From positions 3,467-67,466 of the forward strand of contig JBILVO010000004.1 of NCBI GenBank assembly GCA_044370415.1: a stretch of DNA of 64,000 nt, in the 5' to 3' direction. Below, piece by piece: positions 19,485 through 28,476 of the stretch. The DNA is from Pirellulales bacterium. Its GTDB lineage: Bacteria; Planctomycetota; Planctomycetia; Pirellulales; UBA1268. Numbering within the stretch: position 1 is the first letter of the stretch; the number at the start of each line of letters is the position of its first letter. A model generated the notes under the pieces. It was not told the DNA's origin. It made no database searches and saw nothing but the letters and a program-made list of their open reading frames with translations. The translations under genes and the position numbers were made by a program.

Positions 19485-20189
19485 ATGTCGATCTCGCTCA
19501 CCTGGACGGGACACGCCACCTGGCTCGTCGACACCGGCGCGGGCGTCCTGCTCGTCGACCCGTTCTTCGACGAGTGCCCGACCGCGTCGATGAAGGCCGC
19601 CGACGTCGCTTGCGACGCCATCCTCGTCACACACGGCCACTTCGACCACGTGGCCGACCTCGTCGCCATCGCCAAGCGGACGCGGGCCCGCGTCCACTGC
19701 AACTGGGAGATCGGCCAGTGGCTCGGCCGGCAGGGGATCGACGCCGTGCAGCCGATGAATCTCGGCGGCCGCGCGATGGTGCCGGGCGGGACCGCGCGGA
19801 TGGAGATCGCGCACCACTCGTCGAGCCTGCCGGACGGCACCTACGGCGGCACCGCGGCCGGCTGGGTGCTCGACGTCGGCGGCCTGCGGCTCTACTTCGC
19901 CGGTGACACCGCGCTCTTCTCAGACATGGCGCGGATCGGCCGGCCGCACGACGGCGGTCGGATCGACGCGGCCGTGCTGCCGATCGGCGACCTCTTCACG
20001 ATGGGGCCCGACGATTCGCTGGAGGCGATCCGCCTGCTGGCGCCGCGGATCGTGCTGCCGAGCCACTACGGCACCTGGCCGCCGATCGCGCAGGACGCGG
20101 CCGCCTGGGCGGCGCGGGTCCGCGAGGCCGGGATCGCCGAACCACGGGTGCTCTTACCGGGCCAGTCGACCACCATCAGCCGCGGCTGA
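19485..20189 (+). CDS. Metal-dependent hydrolase, metallo-beta-lactamase fold (UPF0173-like)
   Basis: LTWTGHATW, THGHFDH, AHHSS, YFAGDT, LPIGDLFTMG, PSHYGTWP. Confidence 0.92.
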   Translation: MSISLTWTGHATWLVDTGAGVLLVDPFFDECPTASMKAADVACDAILVTHGHFDHVADLVAIAKRTRARVHCNWEIGQWLGRQGIDAVQPMNLGGRAMVPGGTARMEIAHHSSSLPDGTYGGTAAGWVLDVGGLRLYFAGDTALFSDMARIGRPHDGGRIDAAVLPIGDLFTMGPDDSLEAIRLLAPRIVLPSHYGTWPPIAQDAAAWAARVREAGIAEPRVLLPGQSTTISRG

Positions 20190-20237
20190 GGCAGTTGCCA
20201 GACTTGCTTCGAGCCATTGCCACGCCCTCGTCGAATA

Positions 20238-20381
20238 CGCGAGGGGCTGCCCGTGCCCCGGGAGCCGGCCTTGGCAGCCAGCGGAGACAGGATGTCGGAG
20301 CGCAGCCGGCATGGAGTGAGCGGAGGGCAGGATGCCCGGAGCGAACGTCCGGCGATGGGGCACGGGCAGCCCCGGCTCGCG
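20238..20381. repeat. REP/MITE-like element: 17-bp perfect terminal inverted repeat enclosing two imperfect internal direct repeats
   Basis: GGGGCTGCCCGTGCCCC (20243-20259) / GGGGCACGGGCAGCCCC (20357-20373); internal GCGGAGACAGGATGTCGGAGCG and GCGGAGGGCAGGATGCCCGGAGCG. Confidence 0.7.
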
Positions 20382-20400
20382 CCGTCTCGTCATGAGACGG
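20382..20400. terminator. Hairpin between convergent genes (possible terminator)
   Basis: CCGTCTC-GTCAT-GAGACGG; no clear U tract. Confidence 0.35.
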
Positions 20401-20432
20401 AGAACCCACCGTGGCGTTTCGTCAGCGAATCG

Positions 20433-20831
20433 CTAAGACGGCTTCGTCCCCGGCAGTTCGACCGGCTTCGCGGGCGGCACGCGCACCTCCACCATGCCGT
20501 CGGCGACGCGGGTCTCGAAGACGTCGACCCGCAGCTTCGGGTTGTCGCACCAGGCACCGTCGCACAGCCGGAACCGCCAGGCATGCCACGGGCACGTCAC
20601 CACGCCGTCCACCATCGGCCCGGAGCCGAGCGACGCCCCCATGTGCGGGCAGAGGTCGTCGATCGCCGAGTAGTCGCGGCCGTCGAAGAACACCGCCACG
20701 AGCCGGCCGGACACCTCGTAGACCCGGCCCTCGCCGGCCGGAATCTCGCCGGACCGCGCCACGCGCGTGAACGGGACCGCGGCGGGATCGGCGGCGCCAT
20801 CGGCGCCGGTTGGTGCAGGGTCGCTCGACAT
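20433..20831 (-). CDS. Rieske [2Fe-2S] ferredoxin (NirD/dioxygenase ferredoxin-like)
   Basis: CPHMGASL and CPWHAWRF cluster boxes. Confidence 0.9.
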   Translation of the reverse strand: MSSDPAPTGADGAADPAAVPFTRVARSGEIPAGEGRVYEVSGRLVAVFFDGRDYSAIDDLCPHMGASLGSGPMVDGVVTCPWHAWRFRLCDGAWCDNPKLRVDVFETRVADGMVEVRVPPAKPVELPGTKPS

Positions 20832-20908
20832 GCCCCCACATCTACCACAACGCCGCACGTCACGCACGCCGCAGCGCACGGTCGGCCGCGCCGGGTACGA
20901 TTGTGGGC

Positions 20909-21844
20909 ATGCACGACGCCCCCGCCGTCCGCCGCCCGTCACGTCCCCGGCTGCTCGTCCTCGACGTCGACGGCACGCTCACCAACAGCCGCCACGAGGT
21001 CAGCGACGCGACCCGCCGCGCCGTGGCCCGCATCCGCGCCGCCGGCATCCGGGTGATGCTCGCCACCGGCCGCCGCTACCGCGACGCGATCCCCGTGGCG
21101 GAGTCGCTCGGCATCACCGAGCCGATCGTCACCGCGTCCGGCGCGCTCGTGAAGCGGCCGGGGGACCATGCCACGCTCTTCCGGGCCGAATTCGGCCCGG
21201 GAGTGCTGCCGGCCGTGCTCACCATGCTCGTCGCCGCGGGCCACGAGCCCGTGCTCTATTCAGACAGCTTCGCGCTCGGCTTCGACTTCCACTGCCGCCG
21301 ACTCGGCGGGGAGGGGCAGGGGGGTGAGCATGCCCAGGGTAACGGCGGCCGGGGGCTCGACGAGTACCTCGATCGCAATCGCAGCCTGGCGAACGTGGTG
21401 CCCGACCTGCACTTGAGCCCGCCCGCGGGCGTGTTCGCCGGATTCACGATGGGCACACACGACGGCATGCTCGCACTCGAGCGGTCGCTCGACGATGCGT
21501 TTCCCGGCCGGCTCTCGCTGCACACCATCCGCAGCCCGCGGTACCGCGACTGGATGTGCGAGATCGCGCCCGCGGGCGTGACGAAGTGGTCGGGCATCCT
21601 CGCCCTGGCAGCGGGCTGGCGGATCGACCCCGCCGAGATCTGCGCCGTCGGCGACGACGTCAACGACCTGCCGATGATCCGCGGCGCCGGCCGCGGCATC
21701 GCGATGGGCAACGCACGACCGGAGGTTCAGGCTGCCGCCGACACGGTCGTGGGCAGCCACGACGAGGACGGCCTGGCGGATGTCGCGGACCTGCTCCTGA
21801 CGGCCGGCCCGGGCGAACCCGAGCCCTCTGGGGCGTTTCCCTGA
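20909..21844 (+). CDS. Cof-type HAD-IIB hydrolase
   Basis: LDVDGTL, LATGRR, GVTKWSG, GDDVNDLPM, AMGNA. Confidence 0.92.
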   Translation: MHDAPAVRRPSRPRLLVLDVDGTLTNSRHEVSDATRRAVARIRAAGIRVMLATGRRYRDAIPVAESLGITEPIVTASGALVKRPGDHATLFRAEFGPGVLPAVLTMLVAAGHEPVLYSDSFALGFDFHCRRLGGEGQGGEHAQGNGGRGLDEYLDRNRSLANVVPDLHLSPPAGVFAGFTMGTHDGMLALERSLDDAFPGRLSLHTIRSPRYRDWMCEIAPAGVTKWSGILALAAGWRIDPAEICAVGDDVNDLPMIRGAGRGIAMGNARPEVQAAADTVVGSHDEDGLADVADLLLTAGPGEPEPSGAFP

Positions 21845-22232
21845 GAACGCCTCCGAGTTTCCTGGCTTGTTCTGGCAGCAGTGATCACAGCCGGGCCGGC
21901 AGAAGTCTCCTCGCGGGATGATGTCGCGCGACGTGCTTTCACGCCGCATACGCCTTGGACACGCGAAATCCTCCACGCTCGTCGAGCTTCCGCAGATCCC
22001 GGCTGGCACTTTTTCCGCTGGCACGCGTCCGCCCCGTCCGCCCAGATCGCCCTGCCTCCCGCGGCGGGGCATGAATCGCACGCATCACGAGGCCGCGAAC
22101 GAGAACGGGGGGCCAGTTGGGTTGAAGCGATCGGCCCCGGTCCGTACTGTCCCGCGCCGTCCCTCTGCCCCGGTTCGCGATCGGTCCCCGTTACCGGCAG
22201 TCCCAACCCGGCAGCCCCAGCGCAGCGCCCTC

Positions 22233-22748
22233 ATGGACATCGCCATCCACCGCCCCCGCACCGCCTGTGCCCGGTCGGGCCGGCAGTTCGTCGCCGGCGA
22301 GCCGTTCTTCTCGGCGCTGGTGCGGTCGCAGGGCAGCCTGGAGCGGCTCGACTTCGCGGACGCCGCCTGGTCCGGACCGCCCGACAACACGCTCGCCTGG
22401 TGGCGGTCGACCTATCCGGCGACCACCTCGTCAGGCGCAGCCCTCGCGCCGGTCGACGTGCTGCTCGACGTGGTCGAGGAGCTCGACGGCGACGGCGACG
22501 CGGCCCTCCGCTACCTCGTGTCGCTCGAACTGGTCCGCCGCCGCGTGCTGCGGTTCGTCGATCATCCCGGCCCGCCCGTGGGGGAGGAGCCGTCGCCGGG
22601 CGACCCCGACGCATCGCAGCACGTCGTCCTCGCCTGCCGCCGACGGGATCGCGAATACCGCGTGCGGGTCGTGTCTCCGGCGGAGGCGGCGGCCACGGGC
22701 GTCGAGGAGCGGCTCACGGCGCTGTTGTGGAGCGGAGGTGCCGCATGA
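22233..22748 (+). CDS. Hypothetical protein
   Basis: Complex-composition ORF (CARSGRQFVAGEPFFSALV...LAWWRS...LRYLVSLELVRRRVLRF); ATGA coupling to next gene. Confidence 0.7.
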   Translation: MDIAIHRPRTACARSGRQFVAGEPFFSALVRSQGSLERLDFADAAWSGPPDNTLAWWRSTYPATTSSGAALAPVDVLLDVVEELDGDGDAALRYLVSLELVRRRVLRFVDHPGPPVGEEPSPGDPDASQHVVLACRRRDREYRVRVVSPAEAAATGVEERLTALLWSGGAA

Positions 22749-23677
22749 CGGATGCCGCGGCCTGCACCCGCAGCGCTCGCCCCGGGCTCGCGATACCGCG
22801 GGCGTTCGCGCTCATGGTCGTCGCGGCGGCCCTGGCCTCCACGGGCGCCGCCTGCCCGCAGGCGCTGCGGGGATACCAGGTCGGCACGCTGCCGCTGCCG
22901 CGGACGCTGCCCGCGCAGCCGACGCTCGACCAGATCATCGCCACCGTGCACGACAACACCCAGCGGGTGCGGAGCTACATGGCGCCCCAGGCGGTGCTCA
23001 TCGTGCCCGGCGTGCCGCGGCTGTCGGCCCAGGTCGCCAGCGAGCCGCCGCGGCGGTTCCGCCTCCGCGCCCAGACGGCCGTCACCGGCAGCGAGCTCGA
23101 CATCGGCAGCAACGACGACCTGTTCTGGCTCTGGATCCGCCGCCACCAGCCGCCGGTCATGCTGTACTGCCGACACGACCAGTACGCGCAGTCGTCGGCC
23201 CGTCGCCTGCTTCCCATCCGTGCCGAGTGGATGCCGGAACTCCTCGGACTGGTGCAGTTTCGGCCGGAGGACCGGCATGACGGGCCGTTTCCGCTGCCCG
23301 ACGGCCGAATCGAGATCCGCACCAGGATCGCGTCCGCCGGCGGCGCCGACGGGGAGATGCTGAAGTCGACGATCCTCGACGGCACCACCGGCCTGGTGCT
23401 CGAGCAGCACCTGTTCACCGTGGCGGGTGAGCGGCTGGCCAGTGCCCGCACCACGAAGCATCGCGTCGACCCGCAGTCCGGGGCGGCGCTGCCCCGGTTC
23501 GTCGAGGTGTCGTGGCCGACGTCGGGCATCGAGTTCCAGCTCGAGATCTCCGCGATCTCGACCAACGTTCCCGCGAGCGACCCTGGGCAGCTCTGGCAGA
23601 TGCCGGCCTACGAGGGCTACCAGCCGATCGACCTGGCCGATCCTTCGGTCGCGATCGGCCCGGCCGCGGAACGATGA
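22745..23677 (+). CDS. Hypothetical exported/lipoprotein
   Basis: Signal-like N-terminus ending TGAAC; LDIGSNDDLFWLWIRR segment; beta-rich, outer-membrane-lipoprotein-sorting-like fold guessed. Confidence 0.7.
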   Translation: MTDAAACTRSARPGLAIPRAFALMVVAAALASTGAACPQALRGYQVGTLPLPRTLPAQPTLDQIIATVHDNTQRVRSYMAPQAVLIVPGVPRLSAQVASEPPRRFRLRAQTAVTGSELDIGSNDDLFWLWIRRHQPPVMLYCRHDQYAQSSARRLLPIRAEWMPELLGLVQFRPEDRHDGPFPLPDGRIEIRTRIASAGGADGEMLKSTILDGTTGLVLEQHLFTVAGERLASARTTKHRVDPQSGAALPRFVEVSWPTSGIEFQLEISAISTNVPASDPGQLWQMPAYEGYQPIDLADPSVAIGPAAER

Positions 23678-23743
23678 GCCGGCGGCCTGATGACGCGGCA
23701 GCGGCCCCCGTGCCTGTGGCCGTGAAAGCCCCGCGCGTGCCCG

Positions 23744-24370
23744 CTACTCGTCCCGCTCCCGCATCTTGTGCCGCGCCCGGGCCAGCATCGGACCGATCGA
23801 CCCCAGCGGCACGCCGGTCAGCCGGCTGATCTCCCCGTAACTGCGGCCCTCCAGGTGATGCAGCCGCAGCATCTCGGCGCCGGCGGGATCGGTGCGGGCG
23901 AGCTGCGAGAGCATGACCTCGATCTCCTCGCGGTCGTCGTGACGCGCCGGGCCGACGTCATCGCGGCAGACCTGCGCCGCGTCCGCGCCCGCGCCCCGCC
24001 GCCGCTCCGCCAGCCGGTCCAGGGAGCGCACGGCGAGCCTGCGCGCGACGACCACGAGGTAGGTCGCCAGCGTGGAGTTGCCGCGGAACGAGCGGAGCAC
24101 GGCGGCGTCGCGCTGCAGGAGTTCCAGCACGATGTCGGCCAGCAGGTCGTCGCGGTCGGCAGCCGAAACCGCGATCCGCCGCTGGGCAGCCGTGCGGTCC
24201 ACGACGAAGGAAAACAGTCCGCCGAAGCGGTCGAGGAAGATGTCCCAGGCGGCCGGATGACCCGCGAGGCATTCCGAGACGAGCTGGCGATCACGAGCGG
24301 GAAAGAGCGAGGCGGTCTGATCGGGCCCGCTGGCGGGTCCGACGGAAGGTGTGGAAGTGAGCGTCGCCAT
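23744..24370 (-). CDS. ECF-type RNA polymerase sigma-70 factor
   Basis: Region 2 AWDIFLDRF...DDLLADIVLELL...FRGNSTLATYLVVVARR; region 4 LHHLEGRSYGEISRLTGVPLGSIGPMLARAR. Confidence 0.9.
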   Translation of the reverse strand: MATLTSTPSVGPASGPDQTASLFPARDRQLVSECLAGHPAAWDIFLDRFGGLFSFVVDRTAAQRRIAVSAADRDDLLADIVLELLQRDAAVLRSFRGNSTLATYLVVVARRLAVRSLDRLAERRRGAGADAAQVCRDDVGPARHDDREEIEVMLSQLARTDPAGAEMLRLHHLEGRSYGEISRLTGVPLGSIGPMLARARHKMRERDE

Positions 24371-24466
24371 GGCACGCCTCTGCGATCCCCTCCCTGGCGG
24401 CAGCCAGCCCTCCTGGCACGGCCGTCCTACGCGGGATTCGGATCCGGTTTCGCCCCGACTCCACCA

Positions 24467-24495
24467 ATCATAGGAGGCCCCGCCGGCGCCACCAA
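24467..24495 (-). promoter_or_regulatory. Putative sigma70 promoter for the ECF sigma gene
   Basis: TTGGTG-17 nt-TATGAT on minus strand. Confidence 0.5.
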
Positions 24496-24549
24496 CACCA
24501 CCCGAAAACCGACTCATGAAACCCGGAAAAACCGCCGATTTCTGATTCG

Positions 24550-24578
24550 TTGACAGGTTCCGCGACCCATCCTACGAT
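24550..24578 (+). promoter_or_regulatory. sigma70 promoter for the ferredoxin gene
   Basis: TTGACA-17 nt-TACGAT, near consensus. Confidence 0.75.
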
Positions 24579-24673
24579 TCGTCGCACACGAGTTCGTTTC
24601 ACGCACCTCGCCGCCGGCACCATCTGCGGGTCCGCCCTCGACGAGTGCCGTTCTCTTTCAAGGAGTCCGCGTC

Positions 24674-24949
24674 ATGACGCACGTCGTCGCCGAGCCCTGC
24701 TTCGCCTGCAAGTACACCGACTGCGTGGTGGTCTGCCCCGTCAACTGCTTCTACGAGGGGGACAAGATGGTCTACATCCACCCCGACGAGTGCATCGACT
24801 GCGAGGCGTGCGTTCCGGAGTGCCCCGTCGAGGCGATCTTCCTGGAGGACAACCTTCCGGCCGAGTGGAAGGAGTTCACAACGCTCAACGCCGAGATGGC
24901 GAAGGCGGACCTGCCCGTCATCACCGAGAAGAAGGATCCGCTCTGCTGA
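24674..24949 (+). CDS. fdxA: 7Fe ([3Fe-4S][4Fe-4S]) ferredoxin
   Basis: [18 protein letters not shown] and [21 protein letters not shown]. Confidence 0.93.
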   Translation: MTHVVAEPCFACKYTDCVVVCPVNCFYEGDKMVYIHPDECIDCEACVPECPVEAIFLEDNLPAEWKEFTTLNAEMAKADLPVITEKKDPLC

Positions 24950-25008
24950 GAGTGATCGCGGCAAGGACTACCAGCGACTGATCCCAGATCGCGGAAACGA
25001 CCGGCCGA

Positions 25009-25659
25009 TCACCGCAGGTCGACCAGCCAGTAGGCACTGTCGACGAAGCTCTTCCAGCTCTCGTACTTCGGATTGCCGAGCTTGACCGACAGCAGCGGGC
25101 TCCGCTTGGGCTTCACGGGCTGCCTGACGAGGTTCATCCGGGCCTCCTGCGGCGTCCGGCCTCCCTTGCGCACGTTGCAGGCGACGCAGGCGCAGACGAT
25201 GTTTTCCCAGCTCGTGACGCCGCCGCGGCTCCGCGGCACGACATGATCCAGCGAGAGTTCGCTCGTCGGAAAGCCGCGGCCGCAGTACTGGCACTGGTTT
25301 CCGTCGCGGGCGAACACGTTGCGGCGGTTGAACCGCAGCCCCTGCCGCGGCCCGCGGTCACATGACACGAGCCGGATCACCCGCGGCGCCTGGAGGTCGT
25401 ATCCCACGGCCCGGATCCAGTCCTCATTCGGCCCGCGAAACTCCGAGCGCAGGGCCGAGAGCTCCCGCCAGGAATCGAGCGAATAGCCCGCGAATTGCCC
25501 CTCTTCGATGTGCACCACCTCGGCCAGTTGGCGGAAGAGGAGCGTGATCGCCCGCCGGACGTTGGTGATGTGCACCGCCACGAACGAGCGGTTGAGCACG
25601 AGCACGCTGAGAGACAGTGCCCCTGGGGCCATTGCGGCAGGCATCGCGGAACCCGACAT
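25009..25659 (-). CDS. HNH endonuclease (McrA-like)
   Basis: VLVLNRSF, FNRRNVFARDGNQCQYCG, LSLDHVVPRSRGG, WENIVCACVACNVRKGGRTP. Confidence 0.92.
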   Translation of the reverse strand: MSGSAMPAAMAPGALSLSVLVLNRSFVAVHITNVRRAITLLFRQLAEVVHIEEGQFAGYSLDSWRELSALRSEFRGPNEDWIRAVGYDLQAPRVIRLVSCDRGPRQGLRFNRRNVFARDGNQCQYCGRGFPTSELSLDHVVPRSRGGVTSWENIVCACVACNVRKGGRTPQEARMNLVRQPVKPKRSPLLSVKLGNPKYESWKSFVDSAYWLVDLR

Positions 25660-25693
25660 GGCACCTCCTCGGCCGGCGACCGACGCCTGGGAG

Positions 25694-25722
25694 AGTCTAG
25701 TCGTGCGGCTGCTCGCTGCCAA
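25694..25722 (-). promoter_or_regulatory. Putative sigma70 promoter for the HNH gene
   Basis: TTGGCA-17 nt-TAGACT on minus strand. Confidence 0.6.
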
Positions 25723-25870
25723 ACTCGCCGCACGCCGACGGGCGGACTGATGGCTTGCCTTCGCCGCAGATTGCGGGCAGACTCACGGCAAGGGAACGTC
25801 GAGTTCTCGGCCGTTCCCAGCCGCGCCCCGGCGGAGGCAAGGCCGGTCCCCAACCCCGCGGAGATCTCCG

Positions 25871-26194
25871 ATGCTTCATTACTCGTGTGACCTGTGCAAG
25901 CGGCCGATCGACCCGCGCACGGACGTGCACCACGTCGTCAAGATCGAGGTGTTCCCGGCCGTCGATGACGCCGCCCACAACGGCTGCTGCAGCGGCGACG
26001 CACAGGCCGACGACGCCGACCACCTCGAGGAGATGCAGGACATGCTCGAGCAGCTCGACGACGACGAGCTGCCGGAGTGCCTCGACGCCGCCCGCTCGAT
26101 GCGATTCGATCTGTGCGACGCCTGCCGGCAGCGGTTCGTGAAGAATCCGCTCGGTGCCAAGTCCGGCAAGCAGCTCGACTTCAGCAACAACTGA
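25871..26194 (+). CDS. Small hypothetical protein with two CxxC pairs
   Basis: CDLC near N-terminus, CDAC near C-terminus, acidic middle. Confidence 0.75.
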   Translation: MLHYSCDLCKRPIDPRTDVHHVVKIEVFPAVDDAAHNGCCSGDAQADDADHLEEMQDMLEQLDDDELPECLDAARSMRFDLCDACRQRFVKNPLGAKSGKQLDFSNN

Positions 26195-26376
26195 CCCGCC
26201 GCCGATCGTCCGCCGCCCGCATCCGGGGCGGCGGAGGGCTGCGACGTCCCCCGGCCGCTTCCGTCTCAGCGACGGCCCAGGGAGTCCTGCCCTCGCACCG
26301 CGCCCCCCCGCTTCCGTCCCGGCCACGTCCCTTCCACCCGTTTCTTTCCCCCCACGTGCAGGAGCATTGACGTTTC

Positions 26377-27462
26377 ATGGCCCAGCGCCCGCTCGCGATC
26401 GCCGCCCTTCCCGGAGACGGCACCGGCCCCGAAGTCACCGCCGAGGCGATGAAGGTGCTCGCGGCCATCGCGAAGCTCGAGGGCTTCAGCTACGACGTCG
26501 AGACCCTCGACTGGGGCGGCGACCGCTACCTGCGGACCGGCGAGATCATCCCCGAGGGCGGGCTCGATCTGCTGCGGAGCAAGGATGCCATCTTCCTCGG
26601 GGCGATCGGCCATCCCGGCGTGGCTCCGGGCATCCTCGAGAAGGGCCTGCTGCTCGACCTGCGGTTCAAGCTCGACCAGTACATCAACCTGCGTCCCGTG
26701 AAGCTGCTGCCGGGTGTGGAGACGCCGCTGGCCGGCCGCGGCCCCAAGGACATCGACTTCGTCGTGGTCCGCGAGAACACCGAGGACCTCTACTGCGGCG
26801 TGGGCGGATATCTGAAGAAGGGCACGCCCGACGAGGTGGCCGTGCAGCAGGCGATCTACACCCGGAAGGGCTGCGAGCGGTGCATCCGCTGGGCCTTCGA
26901 ATACACGCGGAAGCGGAACAGCCCCAAGAAGACGCTCACGCTCGTCGCCAAGACGAACGTGCTCACCTTCGGCCACGACCTCTGGTGGCGGACGTTCCAG
27001 GACGTGGCGAAGGAGTATCCCGACGTGAAGACCGACTACAACCACGTCGACGCCTGCTGCATGTGGATGGTGAAGAATCCGGACGCCTACGACGTCATCG
27101 TCACCACCAACATGTTCGGCGACATCATCACCGACCTCGGCGGCATCCTGCAGGGGGGCATGGGCGTGGCGGCCGGTGCGAACCTCAACCCCGACGTGTC
27201 GGCGACGGGCAGACGGGGCGTCAGCATGTTCGAGCCGATGGGCGGCAGCGCGCCGAAGTACACCGGACTCAACCAGATCAACCCGATCGCGGCGATCAAC
27301 GCGATGGCGATGCTCCTGGAGCACACGGGGCATCCCGCCGCGGGCGCGCGGATCGACCGCGCGGTCGCCCAGGTCACCGGGACCAAGATGAAGAGCCAGG
27401 CGGCGGGCAAAATGGGGCACGGCACCCGCGAGGTGGGCGACCTCGTTGTGGCCGCGCTCTGA
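26377..27462 (+). CDS. leuB: 3-isopropylmalate dehydrogenase
   Basis: LPGDGTGPEV, LGAIGHP, LRFKLDQYINLRP, VVRENTEDLY, NMFGDIITD, FEPMGGSAP. Confidence 0.87.
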   Translation: MAQRPLAIAALPGDGTGPEVTAEAMKVLAAIAKLEGFSYDVETLDWGGDRYLRTGEIIPEGGLDLLRSKDAIFLGAIGHPGVAPGILEKGLLLDLRFKLDQYINLRPVKLLPGVETPLAGRGPKDIDFVVVRENTEDLYCGVGGYLKKGTPDEVAVQQAIYTRKGCERCIRWAFEYTRKRNSPKKTLTLVAKTNVLTFGHDLWWRTFQDVAKEYPDVKTDYNHVDACCMWMVKNPDAYDVIVTTNMFGDIITDLGGILQGGMGVAAGANLNPDVSATGRRGVSMFEPMGGSAPKYTGLNQINPIAAINAMAMLLEHTGHPAAGARIDRAVAQVTGTKMKSQAAGKMGHGTREVGDLVVAAL

Positions 27463-27468
27463 CGCCGG

Positions 27469-28476
27469 TCACAGCCGCACGCGGCGGCCCTCGGCCTGGC
27501 TGTCCGCCGCGGCCTGCACGATCCGCATCGCGGTGAGCGCGTCGTCGAGGCCGCTCGCCCCGCGGACGAGGCTCGTCACTTTGCGGTGGAAGTGCAGCAG
27601 CATGTGCTCGCCCACCGGCCGTTCGCTCTCCAGCGACTCTTGGTGCCTTCCCGCGGGGTCGAACCAGACGAGGCTCGAGGGCATGTCGACGAAGGCGATG
27701 CCCCTCTCGCAGGCCACCTGCAGCGCCGCCGGCGGCCGGAATCCCACAGCCTCCTCCCACTGCCGCGGCATGTAGTAGCCGCAGCTGATCTGGGCGAGGG
27801 GGCCGTCGCCGGGCGGGCCGTCGCCGGTGAAGTCGAGGCTCATCATCTGGTAGTCGTCGGTGTCGCCGCCGGCCGTCTCGGCGTGCCTCACGGCCACGAC
27901 ACTCGTGGGCTCGGACCCGGCGACGTAGCGGCACCAGTCGACGAGCTCCATGAGGTCGCGGGCCTCGCTGGCCCGATCCCGAGGCGGCGCCTGTGCGGGG
28001 CCGCCCGACAGCGGCACGCGGCGGTGGCAGAAGAGGAGCCGCGGCCGGCCGAGCGCCGTGGCGACCAGCTCCTTCAGCCGCACGGTGGCGGGCGCGTGCC
28101 GCCGTGGCAGCTCCGCCATGAACGCGATGCCCGACTCGTCGACCCTGCGTCGCAGCAGGTCGGCCTCGTCCGGGGCGAGCGGCAGGGAGATCGCCGAGTA
28201 GACCGCCTTGCCGTGGTCGCAGGCGGCGAGGATGGGGGTCGCCCCGTACCACTGGTCGGCGAGGTAGAGGATCGCGTCGATGTCGTCCCGGGCGGCGAGC
28301 GCGCGAAAGCCGTCGACGGGCGCCGCGTCGAACTGCGCGGCGGCCCGCTTCGCCAGGTGCGCCACCTGCTCGCAGATGGCCCGAACCTCGAAGCGATCTG
28401 CCAACGCGCGCAGTGCGGGCAGATGGCGTGACTCCCAGTGGCTGCCCAGGCCGACGATGCCCACCCGCAGCTTCAT
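27469..28476 (-). CDS. Gfo/Idh/MocA family oxidoreductase
   Basis: Rossmann start MKLRVGIVGLG, RHLPAL, ACDHGKAVY; ATG overlaps purD stop. Confidence 0.85.
   Translation of the reverse strand: MKLRVGIVGLGSHWESRHLPALRALADRFEVRAICEQVAHLAKRAAAQFDAAPVDGFRALAARDDIDAILYLADQWYGATPILAACDHGKAVYSAISLPLAPDEADLLRRRVDESGIAFMAELPRRHAPATVRLKELVATALGRPRLLFCHRRVPLSGGPAQAPPRDRASEARDLMELVDWCRYVAGSEPTSVVAVRHAETAGGDTDDYQMMSLDFTGDGPPGDGPLAQISCGYYMPRQWEEAVGFRPPAALQVACERGIAFVDMPSSLVWFDPAGRHQESLESERPVGEHMLLHFHRKVTSLVRGASGLDDALTAMRIVQAAADSQAEGRRVRL

Noticed and set aside
21845-22232. Riboswitch or ncRNA in the 390-bp intergenic region
   Set aside because: No conserved aptamer motifs recognised by eye; an Rfam/Infernal scan would be needed
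25009-25659. Homing endonuclease or mobile intron
   Set aside because: Free-standing gene with its own promoter, not interrupting any gene; ordinary McrA-like HNH
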